From Thermoanaerobaculia bacterium (lineage in GTDB: Bacteria; Acidobacteriota; Thermoanaerobaculia; Gp7-AA8), in the NCBI GenBank assembly GCA_963715895.1, contig OY970284.1, positions 5,069,777-5,133,776 of the forward strand: a DNA stretch of 64,000 bases, read 5' to 3'. Within the stretch, counting starts at the first letter, position 1. Every line of letters starts with the position of its first letter. The translations under genes were made by a program, and so were the position numbers. Positions 57,474 to 64,000 of this stretch are shown in pieces. The notes beneath the pieces are model-generated. The model made no database searches. It was not told the origin of the DNA and worked only from the letters and a program-made list of their open reading frames with translations.

Positions 57474-60400
57474 GTGATCAGCAAACGCCTCATTGCCACG
57501 ATTGTCGTCCTGGCGGCAGCGGGAGGGGTGCTCCTGGCGCCGCGCGATCGATCGTCCGCGCCAACGTCCCTTGCGGCACTCGTTTCCTCATCGAGTCTGC
57601 AGGCGCGCACCGTCGAGCCTCGGCTGTCCGGAGGTTTCGCCTGGGCGCCTTTCCAATCAGCGGCCCGGGGTGAGTCCGCTGCGGATGGCGCCATCACCTC
57701 GGCCATCGGAAAGACTCTCGAGAATGTTCGCGGCATGTCGACACCATCGGCCCGCCACACCGAGGCGGTCGCCGAGCTACTCGGAGGTCATCCTCGTAAT
57801 GCGCTGTCGACCTTGACGATGGCGGCAGAACACTCTGATGATCCGGCCGTCTGGAGCGATCTGGCCGTTGCACTCCACGAGACAGCGCTCCACGAGGACG
57901 CACCGGAGCTGCTGGCGGATGCCCTGGCGGCATCTGACCACGCCCTTTCGCTGCAGCCTCAGTTTCCCGAAGCGCTTTTCAACCGTGCCATCGTGCTGGA
58001 GCGCCTCGGGTTGAGGGATGACGCGAGAGAGGCGTGGGAGCGATATCTGGTGAGCGACTCCACCAGCGCGTGGGCCGGCGAGGCTCGTGAGCACCTCATC
58101 GCGATGGCACCGGAAGAGGCCTTTCTCGATCGGCTCGACCACGAGTACGACCATGTTAGAAGTGATCCGGCTGCAGCGACGGCGCTCATCCGGCGCGATC
58201 CGTTCCAGGCTCGAGGAATGGGTGTCAAGGAAGTCCTCGGCAGATGGGGGGAGGCCGCTCTGCGCCACGACAACCGTGAGGCGGATCGCCATTTGAGCGT
58301 GGCACGGCAGCTCGGACACGCCGTCACACTCGCCGAGGGTGATCGGATGCTCGAAGAATCCGTTGCCGTCATCGACGCCGCCGGCGATACGGCCCGCTTA
58401 CTGCTGGCGTCCGCGCACTCCGACTATCGCGATGGATTGAAGGCCCTTCAGGAAAACCGTCCAGGCGACGGAGAACTGCTGCTCCGCCGCGCCGCCTCCG
58501 CATTCGAAAAAGCGCAGAGCCCCATGGTTCTGCCGGCCCGGTACTTCATCGCTAATACAGACTTCGAACAAGGTCATCACGATGACGCGGAACACCAAAT
58601 CAATGCACTCTCCGCTACGGCGTCCGACGATTTTCCCGGGTATCAGGCTCTTCTACTACGGACGCTCAGTGCGTGCCGCGTCTCCCAGGCTGACTGGGGA
58701 GCAGCGATCACCCTTCTCGAGCGAAACACGTCTCAATTCGACCGTCTCGGCGAAATTCAGAACGCCTCCGAGGCCCGGCGGCTTCTCGCCTTCGTGTATG
58801 ACCGCATCGGAGACCCTGCCACCGCCTGGAAGTATCGCCTGACCGCGCTGCATTGCGCGGGTGTGCGGTCCAATGCCGCTCTCGAAAAGGGAGTGGCATC
58901 GATCGCCGATGCGGCGATGCTCCGTCACGAATGGCGGACCGCGTCGTCATTCCTGAGTCTGGAGATCCGGATCGCGCAGCGGCTTCGCGACGACTTTCAA
59001 CTGGCAGCAACGCTGCTTATTCGGGCGGCTGTCCGCGACCGGATGAACGATGAAGCGGGGGCGTTGGCCGATATCGCCGAGGCGAAGGCGGCCATGGTGC
59101 GGACGAAGGACCCTGCCTATCGCACATACCTGCACGTCGCGGAGTTGCGTGCCTCGGCCATGCTTTCCGGTACGCCTTCGGCGGAGGCTGATGCGCTGCT
59201 CACCGGAGCGATCGAATATCAATCGACGCAAAGCGATCCCCTCAGGCTGCCGGGCCTCTTCCTGCAGAGGGCGCGTGCGCGCAGGAAGATTGGTAACTCT
59301 GCCGGTGCCCTAGCCGACGTTCAGCGGGGCATCGCGGAACTGGAACTGCATCGCCAGTCGCTGCCGCCGGGAGAGGCGCGTTGGGGGGCGTTTCACGCCG
59401 GCGAGGAGTTGTTTGATGAGGGGATCGATCTGGCCATGTCGGTTGACGATGCCGAGGCAGCCTTTCGATTTGCGGAGAGAGAGCGCGCGCGTGCCCTGCT
59501 CGATTCCTATGGCCGCTCGCCCGTGCTCGACTACCGCCGGCTGCCGGCGCGCACCGCCGTCGTCGAGTACGTCTCGCTTCCGTCGCGGCTGATCATCTTT
59601 ACTGCCGATGCGTCCGGTGTTCGGGCGGCGACGGTGGAATGCAGTCGCGAAACGCTGGCGGCCGAGGCCGACGCGTTGAGTGAGGCCCTCCGCCGGAAAC
59701 CGACAATCGGTCCCAATGCTCAGGCAGCGGCAGTGTACCGGCGTCTCATCGAACCTGTGGCACCCCGGCTTCTCGGTGCGACAACGGTCGTTTTCGTTCC
59801 GGACGGCGTGACGTCGACCGTGGCCTTCAGCGCGCTGGCGGACGCCCGCGGCCAGTATTTGATCGAGCGGCACACGATCGTCAGGGCGCTGAGTGCGGCG
59901 GCATTCGTCGCGGCCTCGGAACGTAGAGGGAAGCCTCTCGCTCCGCGTTCCGCGCTGGTGATCTCGGCCTCTGAACCGGGGGCCGACGCCGGCGCACTCT
60001 CGTTTGTCAACTCCGAGGCGCGGCATGTCGCAAGGGCCTACCGGAACGCGACACGACTGGCAGACGACGAGGCGGAGCTCGATGCGTTGATCAAACGCGC
60101 GCCGGAGGCCGACGTCATTCACTTCGCTGGACATGCCATAGGAGACGACAGCGGCATTGAGCCGGCATCGATCGTTCTCCGGCAGAAGGGGCACGAGCGG
60201 CGGATCGGAGTGGCGGAGATTGCCAGGCTGCGGCTCCGTCCGTCGTCGGTCGTCGTTCTGGCCGGATGCAGCACAGCGCGCGGCGAGCGCCGCGCGGCGG
60301 AGGGTGTCATCAGCGTCGCCCACGGCTTTCTTTCCGCCGGCGCGCCGTCGGTCATCGCCACGCTCTGGCCGATCGACGACGAGGCGGCCTCGATCTTCTT

Positions 60401-60533
60401 CCCGCGCCTGCACGAACGGCTCGCCGAGGGGCTGTCCCCCGCCGAGGCATTACGCCAGACACAACTCGAATCGATTCGCCGCGGCGACGTGCCCGCGTCG
60501 TTATGGGCAGCGGTGCAAAACATCGGCAGTTGA
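57474..60533 (+). CDS. TPR-CHAT (caspase-like) protease with N-terminal membrane anchor
   Basis: Hydrophobic N-terminus, EPRLSGGFAWAP, TPRs, HFAGH and VLAGCST dyad, VIATLWPIDD. Confidence 0.9.
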   Translation: MISKRLIATIVVLAAAGGVLLAPRDRSSAPTSLAALVSSSSLQARTVEPRLSGGFAWAPFQSAARGESAADGAITSAIGKTLENVRGMSTPSARHTEAVAELLGGHPRNALSTLTMAAEHSDDPAVWSDLAVALHETALHEDAPELLADALAASDHALSLQPQFPEALFNRAIVLERLGLRDDAREAWERYLVSDSTSAWAGEAREHLIAMAPEEAFLDRLDHEYDHVRSDPAAATALIRRDPFQARGMGVKEVLGRWGEAALRHDNREADRHLSVARQLGHAVTLAEGDRMLEESVAVIDAAGDTARLLLASAHSDYRDGLKALQENRPGDGELLLRRAASAFEKAQSPMVLPARYFIANTDFEQGHHDDAEHQINALSATASDDFPGYQALLLRTLSACRVSQADWGAAITLLERNTSQFDRLGEIQNASEARRLLAFVYDRIGDPATAWKYRLTALHCAGVRSNAALEKGVASIADAAMLRHEWRTASSFLSLEIRIAQRLRDDFQLAATLLIRAAVRDRMNDEAGALADIAEAKAAMVRTKDPAYRTYLHVAELRASAMLSGTPSAEADALLTGAIEYQSTQSDPLRLPGLFLQRARARRKIGNSAGALADVQRGIAELELHRQSLPPGEARWGAFHAGEELFDEGIDLAMSVDDAEAAFRFAERERARALLDSYGRSPVLDYRRLPARTAVVEYVSLPSRLIIFTADASGVRAATVECSRETLAAEADALSEALRRKPTIGPNAQAAAVYRRLIEPVAPRLLGATTVVFVPDGVTSTVAFSALADARGQYLIERHTIVRALSAAAFVAASERRGKPLAPRSALVISASEPGADAGALSFVNSEARHVARAYRNATRLADDEAELDALIKRAPEADVIHFAGHAIGDDSGIEPASIVLRQKGHERRIGVAEIARLRLRPSSVVVLAGCSTARGERRAAEGVISVAHGFLSAGAPSVIATLWPIDDEAASIFFPRLHERLAEGLSPAEALRQTQLESIRRGDVPASLWAAVQNIGS

Positions 60534-60569
60534 TGTGATGAAGCGTGTTGCAGAGAGAGGAGAGACCAT

Positions 60570-61505
60570 ATGTACACAGTCAGCTTCGTTGGGTTGAACT
60601 ATTTCGACGCTTGTACGGTCGGAAAAAAGAAGGTGATGATTCCAAATGGCACGAGGGCCGGCGGGCACATGCCAACGCACTATGCCAGCCTGTTCATCGA
60701 GGCCGATCGCCTTGACTCGGACGACTGGTGGTCGGATCAGAGAATCCGCCGCCGGCTCAGGCTGGAGGCCAGGCTCGGCGAGTTTCGCACCGTCGATGTG
60801 ATCGAGTTTCGGATCCCCAAGAAGGTCGAGCTCACGTTCCGTTGCAGCGACGACGCGCTTTCGAACGTGAATCTCGACGACGGACTTCCAAAACTTCAAG
60901 CGGCGAAAGGTTTCAAGCTCGATTCCGTCGGAGCCGATACGATCGCGGAAGTCCCGATTCCTGGAGGGGTGATTGAGGGCTTCCGCTTCGGCTCTTCAGC
61001 CCTTGTACGCTGGCTGATCGAAAAACATCACGATCCGATCACGATCACCGCGGGCGACGGTGAAGAGACCAGGCGCATCACGCTGAAGGAGTCCGACAGT
61101 CAATTACCGACCGAGATCGTTCTCTCCAATACCGTCGATCTCCTGACGCGCGCCAATGGTCGCGGTCACAGTCAGAAAAGTGGCGCCGGCAATGGGAACG
61201 GCGGCGATATGTCAGGTGCAGACATGCCTGGCGCCGCGATGCAGAGCGGCTCCATGGCAGGCGACTCCATGGGGATGGTTCCCACAAACGGCAACGGTAA
61301 TCACAGTAGCGCAGGGTATGGGAACGCCGGACACTTCATGCTTTACGCCAAGCTCGATTTGGACCGGGATGAAAGCAAATTCCTACATCCCGATCTCTCC
61401 GGATTGAAGAATTTCAAGCCCTTACCCTTCCATCACCCTTATCTGGCGTTTCTCTGCACACTGAAAGAGGTGCCGGATCCGCCCTGCGTGCCGTCATGCT
61501 GCTAA
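60570..61505 (+). CDS. Hypothetical protein downstream of CHAT
   Basis: AGGAG RBS; beta-rich N-terminal part, G/M/N-rich linker, C-terminal PPCVPSCC. Confidence 0.75.
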   Translation: MYTVSFVGLNYFDACTVGKKKVMIPNGTRAGGHMPTHYASLFIEADRLDSDDWWSDQRIRRRLRLEARLGEFRTVDVIEFRIPKKVELTFRCSDDALSNVNLDDGLPKLQAAKGFKLDSVGADTIAEVPIPGGVIEGFRFGSSALVRWLIEKHHDPITITAGDGEETRRITLKESDSQLPTEIVLSNTVDLLTRANGRGHSQKSGAGNGNGGDMSGADMPGAAMQSGSMAGDSMGMVPTNGNGNHSSAGYGNAGHFMLYAKLDLDRDESKFLHPDLSGLKNFKPLPFHHPYLAFLCTLKEVPDPPCVPSCC

Positions 61506-61517
61506 AGGAGACGAACC

Positions 61518-62537
61518 ATGACTGACCAAATCTTTCCAGAGCCCTACGATCGCCGAGGCTTGGCGAAGCGTACAATCGGTGATCTTCTCAGCCGCCGGCA
61601 TCAGGTTGATCGTGACCTCGGTGCCCTTGACACCAACATCACCTCTACATTTTCCGGCGCGCAAAACCTGGCGTCATTCAGAGAGCTTCTCGACCGCCGC
61701 AGCACATTCGCTCATGACCTCGGTCTGGTCGACGCACAAATCGAATATACCCTGCACGACCTTTGCGGGACGATGGACGATCCCCAGGATGTCGAAACGT
61801 ACGACGGCACGCTCGGCGTTTCTCGTGATTTCGTCGACAAGCACGAGGCTCAGGTCGGACAACTGGTGTGGCTCGATGATTTGCCGCAGCGTTACAACGG
61901 AGCCAATGACGATCCGGGGACCGTGAACGGACAGAGATGGGGGACCGGCGCACTCATCGACAAAGATCTCTTTCTGACGGCCGGCCACTGTTTCCAGCCG
62001 GATCCTCGCCGATGGAAGGTCCCGAGTCAGAACGGCACAGCAATCACGGCAGAGGAAATGGCGCAGCTCATGTGTGTCTGCTTCAACTACCAGAAGAACG
62101 GCGCCACGGGCAATATGCGGCCGGGCGCGGTCTTTCCGGTCCTTGCCCTGATGGAGTATTCGGCTACCGACCTCGATTACGCAATCGTCAAGCTCGGTCC
62201 GGATGCTTTGGGGCGTTTACCGGGGGAGCTTTATGGCACGCTCACCCCAGCCACGAAACACTTCCCTGCAAAGAACGACATCCTCTGCATCATTCAGCAC
62301 CCGAATGGAAATGAGAAAAAGGTGGAAGCAGGGCATCTGCTGGACGTTCGCGGCGGACGCATCGCCTACAACGACATCGGAACATTCGGAGGAGCCTCGG
62401 GGTCACCGATTCTCTACGGGAAAACAGGTGAGATCGTCGGCGTGCATGTGAAAGGCGGCTCCCTTCCAATCGGCGGCTTCAACTCCGGCACGGCCATCGG
62501 CGCGATCCGGGCCGCGTCGAAGCTGATCCCCCGCTGA
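61518..62537 (+). CDS. Trypsin-like serine protease with N-terminal helical extension
   Basis: LTAGHC, DLDYAI, GGASGSP triad; AAGGAG RBS; no signal peptide. Confidence 0.88.
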   Translation: MTDQIFPEPYDRRGLAKRTIGDLLSRRHQVDRDLGALDTNITSTFSGAQNLASFRELLDRRSTFAHDLGLVDAQIEYTLHDLCGTMDDPQDVETYDGTLGVSRDFVDKHEAQVGQLVWLDDLPQRYNGANDDPGTVNGQRWGTGALIDKDLFLTAGHCFQPDPRRWKVPSQNGTAITAEEMAQLMCVCFNYQKNGATGNMRPGAVFPVLALMEYSATDLDYAIVKLGPDALGRLPGELYGTLTPATKHFPAKNDILCIIQHPNGNEKKVEAGHLLDVRGGRIAYNDIGTFGGASGSPILYGKTGEIVGVHVKGGSLPIGGFNSGTAIGAIRAASKLIPR

Positions 62538-62561
62538 GAGGCGTCCATCGTCACGAGTAGC

Positions 62562-62597
62562 CTGGTCATGGGTCAGTTTGAAGCGACCCATGACCAG
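62562..62597 (+). terminator. 13-bp perfect stem-loop after the CHAT operon
   Basis: CTGGTCATGGGTC-N10-GACCCATGACCAG; weak U-tract. Confidence 0.5.
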
Positions 62598-62651
62598 TTC
62601 ATGACCAGCTGTCGAGCAGGCGGCGCAGCGCATCGATAAGATGTAATCTCG

Positions 62652-64000
62652 TTGGCCAGCTTGCGTACTATCCGCCGGGTCGCGCTGGTCGCCGCGCTCG
62701 TTCTTGCCACCAACGTTCTTGCGCTCGATCCGCGCCGGGCGCTGACGCAGTCGCGCCTCTCCGTCTGGACGAATGAGTCCGGCTTGCCGCAGGCGACGAT
62801 CAACACCATCGTCCAGACAAGAGACGGGTACTTGTGGATGGGATCCGAAGAGGGGCTCGTCCGCTTCGACGGCGTGCGTTTCGTCGTCAGCGATCGCCAG
62901 AATGCGCCCGCCCTCCGCAGCCCGTTCGTCTCGGCACTCTTCGAGGCCCCAGACGGGACGCTGTGGATCGGCACCTACGGCGGCGGCATCGCGCGATTGC
63001 GGAACGGACGGATCGAAGCCTTTCACCCGGAGTTGCTCGGATCCGACCGCATTCGCGCCTTTCACCTCACAAACGGCGGCGTGCTCTTCATCGCCACCGC
63101 AGGCGGCGGTCTGCTCCGCATCGACGGCGAGAACGTCACCCGCTTCACCACCCGTGACGGACTACCCAGCGACAGGATCTGGACGATAACCGGCGCCGAT
63201 GACGGCGGCTTGTGGATCGCCACTCACGGCGGAGGGGTGGTGCTCTGGCGCGACGGAAAGGTCCAGCAGAGGATCACCACGCGCGAGGGTCTCCCCAACG
63301 ACTTCGCGCGCGCGCTGCTGCTCGATCCCGACGGCACCATGTGGATCGGAACCGACGGCGGCGGTCTCGTGGCCTGGCGGGCCGGAGCCATCGTCCGCAC
63401 CGTGACCACCCGCGACGGTCTTCCAAACGATTTCATCCGCACGTTGCTCCGCGACCGCGATGGAAGCCTCTGGATCGGAACCGATGGCGGGCTGGCGCGA
63501 TGGAGAGGAGAGCGCGCGGAGTCTCTCGGCGTCGCCGAGGGTCTCCCGAGCCTCGGCGTGCGCGCGCTGATCGAGGATCGGGAGGGAAACCTCTGGGTCG
63601 GCACGACCGGCGGCCTGGTCCGGCTGCGCGACACGCGGTTCCTGTCGTACACCAGAAAAGAAGGACTGCCGGTCGATACCGTCCGCGCCGTCTTCGAAGC
63701 GCGCGACGGCCACGTCTGGGCAGGGACGGAAGGGGGCGGGCTCTGCGAAGTGCTGCCCGGTCCGGTGCACTGCTTCACGAAGGCGGAGGGACTTCCGCAC
63801 GACACCGTCTACGCCCTGATCGAGAGCCGCGACGGCGGACTATGGGTCGGGACCGACGGAGGCGGCGTCGTCCGCTTCCGGAACGGAGCCTTCACCGACA
63901 GGATCGACATGCGCAGCGGTCTGCCGAACGACCGCGTGCGCGGCCTCGTCGAGACCGCGGACGGAGGCCTCTGGGTCAGCACCTCCGCGGGCCTGGCCTT
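62652..64000 (+). CDS. Two-component regulator propeller (Reg_prop) sensor protein, partial
   Basis: Manual translation: signal peptide, then LDPRRALTQ...GLPQATINTIVQTRDGYLWMGSEEGLVRFDG and repeated DG.LW.GT.GGG blades; open to the window end. Confidence 0.88.
   Translation, partial: MASLRTIRRVALVAALVLATNVLALDPRRALTQSRLSVWTNESGLPQATINTIVQTRDGYLWMGSEEGLVRFDGVRFVVSDRQNAPALRSPFVSALFEAPDGTLWIGTYGGGIARLRNGRIEAFHPELLGSDRIRAFHLTNGGVLFIATAGGGLLRIDGENVTRFTTRDGLPSDRIWTITGADDGGLWIATHGGGVVLWRDGKVQQRITTREGLPNDFARALLLDPDGTMWIGTDGGGLVAWRAGAIVRTVTTRDGLPNDFIRTLLRDRDGSLWIGTDGGLARWRGERAESLGVAEGLPSLGVRALIEDREGNLWVGTTGGLVRLRDTRFLSYTRKEGLPVDTVRAVFEARDGHVWAGTEGGGLCEVLPGPVHCFTKAEGLPHDTVYALIESRDGGLWVGTDGGGVVRFRNGAFTDRIDMRSGLPNDRVRGLVETADGGLWVSTSAGLA

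Noticed and set aside
60570-61505. Bacterial gasdermin next to CHAT/trypsin
   Set aside because: No N-terminal Cys-containing bGSDM pattern or other recognisable gasdermin features; kept as unknown.

Overview
GC-rich bacterial DNA. The gene repertoire (TPR-CHAT, ECF/TPR modules, dockerin-bearing Ig-repeat proteins) suggests an Acidobacteriota/Thermoanaerobaculia-like host, but this is inference only. Positions 1-17016 look like the right end of an integrated prophage/island. It carries a DUF1376-type initiator with iterons, a Cro/CI-like switch and a tyrosine integrase. About 13 kb of cargo follows: a Sec-exported FlgD/HYR/RHS toxin-immunity-like operon, and an XRE / XRE-TPR / ECF-sigma / ZAS-TPR regulatory module. 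The element ends at a tRNA 3' fragment with att-type symmetry. The rest is chromosomal accessory DNA. It includes an S9 peptidase, 21- and 43-bp tandem arrays, a 2389-aa Ig-repeat/dockerin surface protein and several hydrolases and regulators. An IS110 element is inserted at a CT core in a REP-like palindrome, and its leader carries readable target- and donor-matching guides of a bridge RNA. Further on are a transmembrane TIR protein with a secreted partner, a DUF4071 protein, a PAS-HK/NtrC/RR/EAL operon, a CHAT-unknown-trypsin operon and the start of a propeller sensor. No CRISPR array, rRNA or intact tRNA was seen.
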